DNA from: Chiloscyllium plagiosum
Taxonomy: Eukaryota
NCBI RefSeq assembly: GCF_004010195.1
Contig: NC_057718.1
Span: 72,530,626 to 72,594,625 of the forward strand
Reading direction: 5' to 3'
DNA length: 64,000 nt
Made by a program: the position numbers and the translations under genes. Shown piece after piece: positions 13,573 through 26,837 of the stretch. A model generated the notes under the pieces. That model did not search any database. It was not told the DNA's origin and worked only from the letters and a program-made list of their open reading frames with translations. Position 1 is the stretch's first letter. Each line of letters starts with the position of its first letter.

Positions 13573-15124
13573 CTCCCCTCCTCTCTTGCCTCCTCCCCCC
13601 CCCATCCTTCCTGTAGCATTTGTATCCTGGAACATTAAGCAGCTATTACTGTCCATCCCTGAGCCACGTTTCTGTAATTGCTATGATATCCCAATATCAT
13701 GTTCCTAACCATGCCGAGTTCATCCGCCTTCCGTGTTAGGCCTCTTTACTTGAAGTAAATGCAGTTTAATTTAGGAGTCCGACTCCTGCCCTGACTGTAT
13801 GACTCACTCCTTTTCCCAACTGTACCAGTCTTAGATTGATCTCTTTCCTCACTATCTCCTTGGATCCCATTCCCCCTTCCATCCTAACTAGTTTAAATCC
13901 TCTCGAGCAGCTCTAGCAGATCTCCCTGCCAGTTTCTTTGTTCCCTTCCAATTCAGGTGCAGTTTATTCTTCTTGTACAGGTCACTTCTACCTCAGAAGA
14001 AATTCAAATGATCCAAAAATGTGAACCCTTCTCCCATGCACCAGCTCCTTAACCATACATTCATCTACTCTATCCTCCTATTCCTACCCTCACTAGATCG
14101 TAGCACCGGGAGTAATGCAGATATTACTACCCTTGAGGACTTCCTTTTTAAATTCCTGCCTAACTTCCGCTATTCTCTCTTCAGAACCTCATCCTTTTTC
14201 CTTCCTATTCGTTGGTTCCAATGTGCAATATGACCTCCTGCTGCTCCCTCTCCCCTTTGAGAATATTATGCACCCTCTCGGAGACATCCTTGATCCTGGT
14301 ACCAGGGAGGCAACACATCATTCTGACTTTTCGCCGCTGGCCACAGAAATGTCTGTTTTTGCCTCTGACTACAGAGTCCCCTGTCACAATAAATCACTTG
14401 GAAACCGATGTACCCCTCATTCCAGTAGAGTCAGTCTTGATACCAGAAACTTGACTGCTCATGCTACATTCCCCTGAGAGTGCATCAACCCCTACATTTT
14501 CCAAGACAGCTTACTAGTTTGAAATGGGGATAGCTGCAGAAGACTCCTGCAATACCTGCCTACCTCACCTATCTTTCCTGGAGTTAACCCATTTATCTGG
14601 CTGCATCTACAGCTTTTCTCCTCTCCTATAACTGCCATTTATCTCACCCCCTTGCTCTTGTAAATTCCTCACTGCCTCTAACTGTTACTCCAACCGATCC
14701 ATTTGATATGATAGGATTCACAACCAAAGACACTTCCTGAAGACATAATCCTCAGTAACATGTAAACTCTGCCTAAACTCCCACATCCGACAAGAAGAAC
14801 GTATCATTTTACTAAAGGCCATCATTGCTCCTTCACAATCTACAGGCCCAGAAAACAGCACCATTATTTTGCTCTTAAAAAAAGTGCTCCAGGCTAACTT
14901 AGTACTTACAGTTTATATTTTTAAAATTTAATCAAGAGGCAGATTTCAATAAACATAATTAAGAAAGAACCCGCTCTACTCACTACTGTAGACTTACAGC
15001 AAGATTGCACATTAAAAACTATGCAGTTATTTGTTCCTGTATTGTGAGCTCTCCCACAAGGTTCCTCCAAGATCAGTTCGTTTTTTTTGTTGGTAGCTTT
15101 ATAATAATACTGGCAATTGTCATA

Positions 15125-16435
15125 CACAGAAGGTAAACAGTACAGCTCAGGAACAGGTGCTTCAGCCCACCTGTGCCAGACAGGATGCTATTCTAAACAA
15201 ATCAACCTGCACATGGTCTGTATTCCTCTATTCACAGACTACTCATGCCTCTGCCTAAATGTCTCTTAAACATTGCTATTGTATCTGCTTCTACCATCTT
15301 CCCTGGCAACATGTTCCAGACACTTATCTGTGCAAAAAAAACCTACTACTGCACATCTTCTTTAAACTTTTTCTCTGTCAAGTTATATTTCTGCCTTCCT
15401 AGTGTTTGCTATTTCCACCCTGGGAAAAAGACTACCCACCATATCCACGCCTCCCATAATTTTAGATACTTGTATCAGGTCGTCCCTCAGCTTCCGACAC
15501 TCTTGTAAAAACAATCCAAGTTTATTTGATCCCTCGTTATAGTTAATAAACTCCAGGCAACTTCCTGATAAACTTCTTATGCACCCTCTCCAAAGCTTCC
15601 ACATCTTTTATATAGTGTAGCAACTAGTACTGCACACAATACTTCAAATGTGGCTGAACCAAACTAAGACTTGCCAACCTTTACACTCAATGCTCTGAAT
15701 AAATAAGGCAAGCATGCTGTATACATCTACTTTTACCACCTTATCCACTTGTTCAGTCAGACAATATTGATTTGCACTGCAAACTCCTCTATATATCAAT
15801 GTTCCTAAGAGTCCTGCCATTTATTGGGGCAGCACGGTGGCACAGTGGTTAGCACTGCTGCCTCACAGCGCCAGAGACCCGGGTTCAATTCCCGACTCAG
15901 GTGACTGTCTGTGTGGAGTTGGCACGTTCTCCCCGTGTCTGTGTGGGTTTCCTCCGGGTGCTCCAGTTTCCTCCCACAGTCCAAAGATGTGCAGGCCAGG
16001 TGAATTGGCCATGCTAAATTGCCCGTAGTGTTAGGTAAGGGGTAAATGTAGGGGTATGGGTGGGTTGCGCTTCGGCGGGTCGGTGTGGACTTGATGGGCC
16101 GAAGGGCCTGTTTCCACACTGTAAGTAATCTATTCTAATCTAATCTTATTGTATACTTTCCTCTTCATTTTATCTCATACTAGTCTGGATGAAACTCCAT
16201 CTGTCATTTCTCTGTGTAACTTCCCAACTGATCCATATCCTACTGTATCCTTTGATATCTTTACTCACTATCCACAACTCCACCATTTCTCATGTCATTG
16301 CAAACGTACAAATTAGACCACCCACATTTTCATCTAAATCGTTCATATACTTATATTACAAAGGTACGAGCACTGATACTTGCAGAACACTACTGGTCAC
16401 AGATCTGTAGGCAGAAAAACATTGCTTCACAACTA
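15125..16435 (-). mobile_element. CR1 LINE 3' fragment (decayed, interrupted by SINE)
   Basis: 3' UTR motif acagtacagctcaggaacagg and RT C-terminal remnants. Confidence 0.75.
15826..16145 (+). mobile_element. HE1 V-SINE, full length, young
   Basis: GGGGCAGCACGGTGGCACAGTGG...GGTTCAATTCC...taatct tail; TSD ttattg. Confidence 0.92.
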
Positions 16436-16785
16436 CCAGGGGCATGGATAGGGTAATAGACAAAGTCTTTTCCCTGGGGTCGGGGAGTCCAGAACTAGAG
16501 GGCATAGGTTTAGGGTGAGAGGGGAAAGATATAAAAGAGATCTAAGGAGCAACTTTTTCACACAGAGGGTGGTACGTGTATGGAACGAGCTGCCAGAGGA
16601 AATGGTGGAGGATGGTACAATTGCAACATTTAAGAGGCATCTGGATGGGTATATGAATAGGAAGGGTTTGGAGGGATATGGGCCGGGAGCTGGCAGGTGG
16701 GACTAGATTGGGTTGGAATATCTGGTCGGCATGGACGGGTTGGACCGAAGTGTCTGTTTCCATGCAGTACATCTCTATGACTCTA
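16436..16785 (+). mobile_element. HER1/CR1 LINE 3' end
   Basis: RGERYKRDLRSNFFTQRVVRVWNELPEE; tail ctctatgactcta. Confidence 0.85.
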
Positions 16786-17931
16786 AATATTTGGATGAGT
16801 ACTTCAAATACTGTCACATTGATATGGGACAAATGCAGGAAATTGGGATTAGCCCACTTTTAATGGTAGTTATCTCAGTGCAGGCTTGATGGGCGGAAGA
16901 GCCTTTTCTGCACTGCATGAATCTATGGCTAATCTACATGTAATTCCCAAACTTTTTTTAAAATCACCGCCCCCCCCTCCCCCATTCTCCTCTAATGAGA
17001 CCATCTGGCAAACCATCATCTCACCACACTTCAGTTAACACTGCATAGAGGAGACATGAGGGGGATATGGGGCAGTCTTAACATGGAAGTGAAGGCTACA
17101 GAGACTAATAACTATGAACTAGGAAACAGAGATCGGCTTCCTCATCTGCCAGGTTAACCACCTGTCTCCCACCATTACCACCTTGGGAAGTAGTAGCTAC
17201 AATTCAACCTAGTAGCCAACTCCTACAGACCAGAGTGAATAGGTTAACTTTTATAATTGGTTAAACAGTCAAACAGAGTTAGAAGGCAATTTTCAAAATG
17301 CAGATTGGCAAAACTAGAGTCTGGTGAACATTAGCACATCACTGTCAGGTGCAATATGGCGAATTAACAAGAAATGTTTCTACTGAATCAATACTTTTGA
17401 AAATAAAAGGCTATTTTAACAGAGCAAGTCTAGCACCTGTTCATTGGTCATTTGGCTAGATGTCTGCACCTTAAGGCTGTTGCCTTTCTTATGTCCTGCC
17501 GCTTTTACCTCACAAGGCATGGTTATTATCTGCCTTTATGTTATATGCTGCAGTCAGTTCTGCTTCCAGGCAATGCTAAAGATTGTATTGTAGTAACATT
17601 ACAGATGCAGTAAGAGGTCTGAACCCAGAAATGATAAATCACTGGATTTCCAAACTCAGATTTCAAACTGAAGCTACATGTACAACTCTTGGAAACATTA
17701 TAGCTATCACATGATATTTTTATAATGGCACAAAGCTTTTCGATTCATCAGCCAAGGTTGGCTCTCTGTAAATAAGCTGAATGCTCTCTAAAGTGTTTAG
17801 ATTAACATTTGAAATGCCATGGCATTCAAAAATATGGGTCAAGTGCTGGAAAATGGAATTGGGATAGAATGATGTGCGATGACAGTATAGATATGATGGG
17901 CCGAAGAATGTTTTTGTGCTGTAAAAGCTTA

Positions 17932-20900
17932 TGTAATGTTAGGCTTAAAAATGATATCCCCAAACCAGGATTAATCATTAAGAGTTACTGGACATGGTAA
18001 TAAGCAATTGCAGGAAAATACATGAAGAACAGGCTTTGTTATGCTACACATCTAGAAATCATTGGTCAGATCACATTAGGAGCGTTATGTTCAGGTCTGG
18101 GCAACTTATTTGAGGAAGAATGTTAAAGCCCTGGGGACATTGCAAAGGAGATTTACTAGAAAGATACCAGGGATGAGAAATTTTAAATACAAGGAAAGAT
18201 CAGAGAAATCTAGAGCTAGAGCTTATTCTCTTTGAAGCAGAGAAGATTAAGAGGTGATTTTATTGAGTTGTGCAAAATAATGAACTTGGACAGAGCAAAG
18301 AAGGATATGTCAGTAGCTAGGGGTCACAATTTCAAGATTGTCAGCAATTTAGCTGAGAGTGAGACGAGGAGGAACTTTACTTAGAGTTGTTAGGATTTGG
18401 AATGCGCTGCCAGGAGGTGGATCCCATAGGAGCTTTCAAAAGAAAGCTGGAGATAGATTTAAAAGAGATGAATTTAGAGGACTATGGATATATGGATGGA
18501 GAATGGGACCAGTTAGGTAGTTCTTCTGGGAGCCAGTACAGTTATAATGGCCTCATTCGGTTCTGTAAAATTCCAGGATACTAGTCCAAAAATAGCCTGT
18601 TTTGGCTGGAAGGTAACTTGCATAAGCTTGGGAACCAACTTATGCAAAGATACAGAGACATCTGGACCTGTTTTTAACTTAAATGAAGGCTTGGGAAAAG
18701 TACTCACAAGTTGGCACTTAATATCAGATTCAGAAAAGCATTAAGATTGGGGACTTTTTCCGGCTTGTGAGACTTTCATCTTCAGCTGGTGTTTGTAAGA
18801 ATGAGCCCACAAACCTTCACCAGCAGATTGAGATTCATGAGACTCGTATCATAGAATCGAAGATAGTGCTCCAAGTGCCACTGTCGCCAAGCCGAAAGAC
18901 AGTGAGACTCATTAGTTTGCATAAGCTAATAAATTTGCTATGTATTCAAGTGCAAATTCCCTTCTTCTATTCATTTTGTTCTGAACTTAAAAAAAACCTA
19001 TTAGGTACTTTCAGCCTAACAGTACACTTGGTGCTGTGAGCAGGGTCTGAGCAAAATGTTGGTTGGAAAGCAGGATCCTGCTCCCACACTTTAATGAGAC
19101 TGAAACATTCCATTCCAACAGCTGGTTTGTTCTCAGTATCAGTGAACCATTAGCAATTGTCATAGTTACATACTTGCTGTATCACAGTTGCAGTGACTGA
19201 ATTGGCTTTATATTTGAAGCTGTGAGAAGCAGTAGTCTTTGAAGTTATCATGTGACTGGCATAATCAAAAATACGACAGGTAGATAGTTTAATAAAAAAG
19301 TTAGGATCGGGACAGCAAGAGGCGTACTGTATTTGTAGAAATATGTGATGGTATTTATGAGTGCATTCTTGATAGACTTTCAGAGGTTATGAAAAGAATA
19401 GCTGAGTTAGAAACTGTCCATAATAAGTTAGCAGATAAGGAAAATAGAAAGCTGCAGAATTGGTAAAAGAATGGAAGGCTAAAAATGACTACCAACAGGA
19501 AAGCACTGTACCCAATACTCGGAAAGACTGCAGGTAGTCCAAACTTTATGAATGGACAAACTGGATATTGATATTGAAACCAATGATAAAATGGACTTCT
19601 CTCTTGGTATAGCACAAATTAAAACATGCCAGACAGATATCTATGAACAGACAGCAGCTGGGACTTTATCTCGCAAGATGAGGTAGGTAACCTTGACAAT
19701 GAAATCGATGATGTTTCTCCAACTGTTACATCGCTGTGTAATAAGAAAAAGCAGGTATGTAATGTCTCCCAGGAGTCAGAAGGGATGCACGAAGGAATAG
19801 AACCATTAGACCACATGTCTTTTTGCCCCAGTGAAGTTAAAAAAAGTCTGCTGTGAAAATTGGATTATATTCACAGAAAATTCTCATGACAGTTACAAGG
19901 ATTGCAACCTTTCCATTGAACCAAGATCAGTACTAAAACAAGGACTAGTCTGAAAGCATCATAGGTTCAAGACTTTGCAGAGGGTGTAGAAGAGGATATC
20001 ATGTTGCAGCTTCATAAGATTTTGATTCAGGCATACTTAACAGAATTCCAATCAATTCTGCTCTCCACATTACAGGAAGAATGTGAGGCTTTGCAGAGGG
20101 TGCAGAAGAGGTTTACTGGGATGCTGCCTAGATTAAAAGATAAGAGCTATAAGGAGAGGCTAGAAAAACTCAGGTTCTTTTCTCTCGAACGGTGGAAGTT
20201 GTGGGGAGACTGGATAGAAGTCTAAGAAAATCATGAGATTCATAGATAGGGTTGAATTTTTTTCTCCAGAGTTGAAATGTCTAAAACTAGGAGCATTTAA
20301 GGTTGTCGTCATTACAATCATTCCATTGCCAGTGTGATTTTGTTTCTAAAAGTGAACTGAATTGGATGATTTAGCCACCACCAGGAACAGTGGAACCAGG
20401 CAAACAGGATACATAGGAGAAAGTGAGGACTGCAGATGCTGGAGATCAGAGCTTAAAAATGTGTTGCTGGAAAAGCGCAGCAGGTCAGGCAGCATAAAAG
20501 GAGCAGGAGAATCGACGTTTTGGGCATAAGCCCTTCTTCAGGAATGAATTACAGAGGATACATAGACATCCTTCACCAACTTTTAATTTTTCATAAAATC
20601 AAGAATGCATAGCATAATCTTAGAATACCTATGTAAATATGCAGAAGTGGTTGTTACATCTGATGTAACTAAGGAGCAGGAATGCATGGCAAAAATGCAC
20701 TGAAGAATGGATATACTTGACAAAATAGTTAGTGTGGGCTGGAAGAGCACAAAAACAGTTTAAATAATAAGGCACTGACACACAATCCATAGACAAACTG
20801 ATTGTAAAACAATAACAGTAGTATTGATGAGGTGGAGGTAAAAATACAATTGGAGACAAAGAGGGGAAATATTGAAGAGCTGGAGAATCTAAATTCACGT

Positions 20901-21609
20901 ATAAACCTGTTGCTTGTGAAGCATGAGTCAATCTTAAATTTTACGGTCTCGTAAAATCAGCAACAACATGTATGTGCTTATCATCTCAATCATCTGTTTT
21001 GAAGATATTATGAGTGAAATGCTGCGGTAGGCTTAAAAATATCTCCAACCCAAATTGTTAAGAGTTAATTGGACATGGCAATAAGCAATACAAGCAAAAT
21101 AAGTGAAAATATGTATAAAAACAGCCTGCTTTGGCTAGAAGGTAACTGCAATGAACTTGGGTGAGCTTGGGGACAGACTGCTGTGCAGAGACACAGGTAA
21201 ACCTGAACCAGTTTTTGCATGAAGGAATGTTTGGAAAAAACACTCAGAGATGGCAATTAGTATCACATTCCGAATAGTATTAATTTAGGGACTTTTCCCA
21301 GCTCATGGCACTTTCACCATCGGGCTGGTGTTTGCGAGAACAGAGCCGTGGACCTTCACCATCAGACTGGAGTTCATGAAACTAGTGCCATAGAATCTGA
21401 GATTACACTCCAAGTGCCATCATCGCCAGTCCCCCAACGAAACTCATTAGTTTGCATATGTATAGTTTAAGCTATTGATTTGCTCATTAGTTGCTTTATG
21501 AAGGAGATCAAGCTAATACTTTTGCTATATATTGAAGCCCATGTGTCTTCTTGAATTTATTTTGATCAGACCTTAAAAATCCTGTTCGGTACTTTCAGCC
21601 TAACCATCA
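17932..21609 (+). mobile_element. Old LTR retroelement with two diverged LTRs (17932-19026 containing a CR1 insert; about 21020-21609) and a decayed interior
   Basis: Direct repeats 18585-19020 vs 21118-21604 and 17940-18007 vs 21028-21087; termini TGTAATGTTAGGCT / AGCCTAACAGTACA; PBS-like TGGTGCTGTGAGCAGGGT at 19029-19046. Confidence 0.72.
20416..20547 (-). mobile_element. PLE terminal fragment with degenerate hammerhead
   Basis: Minus strand: ATTC CTGAAGA AGGGC ttat GCCC AAAAC GTC GATT (GAAAC changed to AAAAC). Confidence 0.8.
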
Positions 21610-22227
21610 GTACCATGTACTGTTCTATTCCCTATTGCTGTACTATCCCACCTTGCTTTCTTCTGAAATCACAGTTCGTCTTTTTCATCAAGGTTGTTTG
21701 TAACAAGCTCCAGATCTCTTTCATCAGGCTTGTAGGTAACAAGTTCAAAGTCACTACCAATCAATCGTAACTTGAACCTGTATGTAGTCCTGCATTGTAC
21801 GTTGCTTCCCTGATGTGAGAGTAAAGAGCAGCACAGAAAGCGTAGAATATTCTGCATACAGTAAATGAGTAAACTGCATGCTAGATTTGACCACACCCTG
21901 ATTCAACTTGACTTCCTCCCCAACTTGAGTACCCCTTCCAGCCTGACTAAGTCTCAACTGACCTGACCCAATGCAATGAAATAGAGAGGGAAGATTTGAG
22001 GTCCTATTCAAGAATGAAGGAAATAGTTTTAAAAAAAAAATGAAGATAGTAATCTCTGGATTACTTCCTATGACACGTACTCCAAAGAATAGGGATAGGA
22101 TGATGGGGACAATTAGTTTGTGATTTGATGTGTCATGCAGGAGGGAGGCTTGAGATCCTTGGGAAATTGAAACATGTTATAGGACAGAAGGCATCTATTC
22201 AAATTGGAATGGACATTTACAGAGATA

Positions 22228-22356
22228 AACAAAGAACTGCAGATGCTGAAGATCTGAACCAAAATCAGAAATTGCCAGAGAAACTCAGCAGGTCTGGCAG
22301 CATCTATGGACAGAGAACAAAATTAATGTTTCAAGTTCAGTGACCCTTTTTCAGGA
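22228..22356 (-). mobile_element. PLE terminal fragment with degenerate hammerhead
   Basis: Minus strand CTGAAAA AGGGTC actg AACTT GAAAC ATT followed by the gatgctgccagacctgctgag tail. Confidence 0.7.
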
Positions 22357-23340
22357 CATACTTATAGAGATATAGGACCACATCTTCCTGTCAAAAATGA
22401 TTTTGGGCACATTGCTGTTGCTCTTGAAGCTTTTTATACCCTGCTGCATTTTCAACTGGGACTTGCATCCCAGCAAAAGCAGAAGTCTGCCTCCCAACCT
22501 CTCCAGGAGAGTTGAAGGAAGGAGACAACGCATACCCTTTTACAACTCTAGCTCACATTCAGATATTTTGATAGGCTGGTGTTAGGTGAGGGGGTGACTG
22601 CAGAGTTCTGTTGCCAGGAGTGGTGAGGACGGTGGGGGGATTGGGTTGGAGGGAAGGTTGCCAGGTTAGGGAGGCACATGGGTCAGGTCAATTGATGCTT
22701 AGTCAGGCTGGGAGGGGTATTCTAGTTGGGGAGGAAGTCAAGTTGGATCAGAGAGTGGTCGAATCTAGTATGTGGTTTGCACAGGCGTGGAGGCACTGTT
22801 GACCAGGTATTAACCAGCCTGACACTGCCACGCTAGGTGTGCAGGTAAGTTCATTGTAGCTAGTTCATAACTCTGACCTTGAGCTCAGTGTTGAAAATTT
22901 TGTGCAGGGTACGAGGCAGTGCAATCAGAGCATTAAAGTTTAGACTTCCCACACAATTTCAGAACATGTGTGCATGTAGGACTTCTACAGTGTCCAAACA
23001 TGCAAACCAGACAGGAGCCTCCAAATTACACCAGGAGTAACCAAAGTGATCCAACTGATGATCAAGTCATGCTGATTCAGCCTAATACCTAGGAACAGCA
23101 GTGGGATATTTCAGTAAAGGAAATAGAAAACTTCTGTCTGCTACGCAGTGATTTTGTTGGAAAATGAGCTATAGCAGCATCAGGCTCAGATATGGAGTCC
23201 TAAATGATAACATGTCAATGCAAAAAATCTACCTTCACATGAGTTCTCCAATGGAAGTCAGTCCCTTTGTAGTGGAACATCTGGAGCGTAAAGGTGTCAA
23301 GAGAAAAAATATTTAAGCAAGATGTGTTAAGTTTCCATAC

Positions 23341-23423
23341 CTCAGCCAGTAAGGTCAGTGCATGCACACTGTATACAGAAGGTGTGATACTGGACGTCTC
23401 CATCACCGGGGTCAACATAATAT
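23341..23423 (-). CDS. DOP1A: DOP1A coding exon (83 nt, phase 1/0)
   Basis: tcctgtccag|AT ATT...GAG|gtatgg; (D)IMLTPVMETSSITPSVYSVHALTLLAE. Confidence 0.95.
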
Positions 23424-24282
23424 CTGGACAGGACAGAATATATAAGTCAAATAACAACATAACTAAAAATGGTTTTGAACTGAAAATGTCATGAAACCCA
23501 ATTAAAACTAGTAAAATCAATACTATAGAAATCTCCCATTTATTAAAAAAGTTGCTTCCATTGATTTTTGAGTACCACAAACCACTGCCTAATCGAGTTA
23601 CAAGGCTAGGTTTCAATGTCCTCAACCAAATAATCTATCTAGACACTGAAAAGTTACCTTTACAAGCCTGGAATTTTGTTCCTTCAGATTTTACTTTTTG
23701 TTGTTAATCTTAAAACAAGATATTTACCTTTTGGTTTCACCTCTCAATTCCATCTAATTTTTTCTATTTCTGAATACAATATTACATTGAACTAAACATT
23801 CTAATTTACTCTCTCTGCTTGACTCATTAAGAATTCTTCAATGGGGTCAGCCAAGTGGTACTGAATAGCTGGCACTGTATGTTCATTGTTGATTGTAAAA
23901 TCTATTTCATTGCATCAAATCATTTCTTAAATTAAATTCAAAGAGCACTTAAAGTTGAAAACTATTGTCGATCCTAAAGTTAAATTAATTCCAAGTTGAG
24001 AATAAGCATTTTTCGCTTTGAGATATAAAGTATTTTTCATTAAGAACAAAAAAAATTATATGGTGATATTAGCAGACTGGCTCCTAAGTTGACACTGAAG
24101 ATTACTGTTGATGTATTCAATTGGGAAAGCTGGTTAAGTTATTTTACCCATCACCTAATGCCTCCCCAGCTAACCATGACTAGCATTTTATCCAAAGAGT
24201 TTAATACTCTTTTAAAATGTCTATTTCATTAATGGTTTTGATAGGTGTGTTCACATAGTGTCAGAATTAGAATGTTTCACAC

Positions 24283-24427
24283 CTTCAACATCTCTTTCCA
24301 AGTTGTTTCCTTCCAATAGGATTTGTGGAGAAGCTTTTACTTCGAGATTCCTCCTTAGCCAGGTGGTCTGCTCCAAAGAAGACCCTGCAATGTTTCCAAT
24401 GGCCTCCACTATCTTATGGGTGATATC
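24283..24427 (-). CDS. DOP1A: DOP1A coding exon (145 nt, phase 0/1)
   Basis: gatgtgctag|GAT...GAA G|gtgtga; [48 protein letters not shown]. Confidence 0.95.
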
Positions 24428-24554
24428 CTAGCACATCAAAGACATAAGCAGGCTTTAAATGTCACTTACTAATGTAATATTGATGCGACAAGATTGATTT
24501 ATCATTAACTAATTGGGTTCTCAAAGTAGATTTATCAAATATAGCTAGCTTTAC

Positions 24555-24621
24555 CTGTAGGTCTCTTTGGTCCTTTTTGTTTTCCAGATTGGGATTTTTC
24601 ATGATAAATTCGTTAAGTACT
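24555..24621 (-). CDS. DOP1A: DOP1A coding exon (67 nt, phase 2/0)
   Basis: tttgtctgcag|A GTA...CAG|gtaaag; VLNEFIMKNPNLENKKDQRDLQ. Confidence 0.95.
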
Positions 24622-25450
24622 CTGCAGACAAAAGTCAAGAACAAAATAATATTAAAAGCATTCCTAAATCCTCAGCCCATTCCAAAGCATTCAGCAATCA
24701 ATAAACTATTTTTGCAATGCACTTGTTTTGTATGGAAACATGGACCAATGTCCAACAAATGTGGTGACTAACATTGGTCATGCTGATTAAGTGATTAATG
24801 TTTAGTAATATCAATGCACAATGCCTTTAATGCATCTCTACTGTATTTTTGGCATTATGAATACGAATAACCACTGCACATTTTCATTCCTACTGGCTAC
24901 GTTACCTCTACGGAAATGAGTCGTTAATGGCTTCAGACACAGATCATTGAAAATATTATAAGTATATTACTGGAAATCTTCATTTACCATTACCCGTTTT
25001 TCTTTCACTTTTTTATTGGGCCCTGAAATCTAATTAATTTATTTCAATGCAGTTTACTATAGCATTGTGACCCAATTGGTGCCATTTTGGTGCGATTTCT
25101 GTCACATTTTGACTTGAGATTGTTCCCCCTACCCAGTCTTGCAACTTCCAGCCATATTATGTTGCTGAATGTCTGCACCAGGGAACCCCCACCAACAAGG
25201 TCCAGGTAGCCTGCTTGGGCCAGGCTGCAACTGCTATCCAATAGTATCCCAAAATGTTTAATTTTATATCGATACTTATTTAATTCACCATCATGACAAT
25301 TTAGTGAGTTAAAGCACTATATTTCAACTTACACGGTACAGTAATAATGTTTTTTTTTTATTTTTTAAAGAAGGTCCTATGGACTTTAACTTTTAATAAT
25401 GATTCCTATGGGAATCAATGTTTCACGTAATACCATTTCATTTAAAAGAT

Positions 25451-25771
25451 GAGCATCATGATGGTTCAATGGTTAGCACTATGCCTCACAGCACCAGATA
25501 CCTGGGTTCAATTCCATCCTCGGGAGCTTGCACATTCTCCATGCCTGTGTGGGTTTCCTCCCACAGTCCAGAGATGTGCTGGTTAGGTGGACTGTCTGTG
25601 CTAAATTGCCCATAGTGCCCAGGGATGTGTAGGGTGGGTGGATTATCCATGGGAAGTGCAGGGTTACAGTAACAGGATAGGAAGGTGCATCTGGGTGACA
25701 CGCTCTTCAGAGGACTGGTGTAGACTCAATGGGACAGTTGGTCTGCTTCCCATTGATTCTATGATTCTATG
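25451..25771 (+). mobile_element. HE1-related SINE, diverged
   Basis: ggttagcact..gcctcacagc, GGTTCAATTCC, V-domain, gattctat tail. Confidence 0.8.
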
Positions 25772-26332
25772 CTTTATTTAAAGTTGGGATTTTCTGGAAC
25801 AACAACCAAAATTTAAATGAGGGTTTCTGAAGATTCTTCATTTACAGTAGAATCATTAAAGAATCAGAATAGATTTGTATGCAACTTTAAATTATACTGC
25901 ATCTGAAGTCATTACGGCTTCCTGAAATTTTAGATAAGCTTTCAGAACAGGGTCAAACATCTTCTGTGTTATTCATCCCAGTGACTTGTTTATAATTCCT
26001 CAGTTCACTTCACAGTTGAACACTGGATGCATCTTAGATGGTTTGATTTCACTCTCCATCAATGCTATCTTCACCCAAAACTTTTGGGTAAATATGACAG
26101 TCTGCCTTGAACAGTTAAGTCTCGAAAGGAGTGAGAGTCTACCAGTTCCAGATCCATGCAGGCAACAATAATTCTAAATTAACTGCATGTCAAGAGCCTT
26201 TTCCCAAAGCACTTGATCAAATCCAATTCACATACAATACTTAAGTCCGCATTAGAATATTTTGACATTAAAAATGTAATCCTGCCTCTCTGCGCCTCCT
26301 ACCTACCCTGAATAAATTCTAGTTCTTCTTAC

Positions 26333-26437
26333 CCAAGGATAAGAAATTGCCCTGGTGGTGGTAGATAAAGTTGAACAGAATCTTTCAGCAATGTTAAAAG
26401 GGATGGCCAGCTGTCTACTAAATTCTGCACTGAAATC
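26333..26437 (-). CDS. DOP1A: DOP1A coding exon (105 nt, phase 2/2)
   Basis: ttctcttcacag|G ATT...CTT GG|gtaaga; ISVQNLVDSWPSLLTLLKDSVQLYLPPPGQFLIL(G). Confidence 0.95.
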
Positions 26438-26801
26438 CTGTGAAGAGAATGTCATATCAAGTTAGGAAGCTTCAAAATCAGCGTAGATTGCAATCAAAAT
26501 TTCATTGTTATTTATGTTAAACTTTACATGACATGACAGAATGCACACTTTTTTCAAAGTTACTTTCCCCTTTTCCACAATATGGTAAAGTTTCAAGTCA
26601 TAAACAATCACAGAAATACTGAAGAAATCAACAGGTCTGGTGACATCTTTGGAAAGAGAATCAAACATAATTTTTTGAGTCAGATATGATCAGTGGTGGA
26701 AGAAATTAATGTCTAAAGTATCAGTTGGAGAGCTAAGCAAGCAGTTGAAACTTTATTGCTGGAACAGCACAGCAGGTCAGGCAGCATCCAGGGAACAGGA
26801 G

Positions 26802-26837
26802 ATTCGACGTTTCGGGCACAGGCCCTTCTTCAGGAAT
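26802..26837 (-). ncRNA. Minimal type-I hammerhead ribozyme motif, intact core
   Basis: ATTC-CTGAAGA-A-GGGC ctgt GCCC-GAAAC-GTC-GAAT on the minus strand. Confidence 0.8.

Larger units (their letters stand above)
6103..15075 (-). mobile_element. Near-full-length CR1/HER1 LINE (copy A), split by nested insertions; own sequence about 6200-8976 and 13573-15075
   Basis: 3' UTR at about 6200, RT (RPLLEYCVQFWSP; PGNYRPVSLTSVVG), EN (GLYYRPPN, VGDFN), resumes at 13573, ORF1 SGNH (GDSVVR...CCLPG...HIGTN) at 14205-14387. Confidence 0.85.

Noticed and set aside
15826..15900. tRNA genes at SINE heads (also 44293, 46627 and others)
   Set aside because: A/B boxes are followed by the V-SINE body and tail, so these are tRNA-derived SINEs rather than tRNAs.
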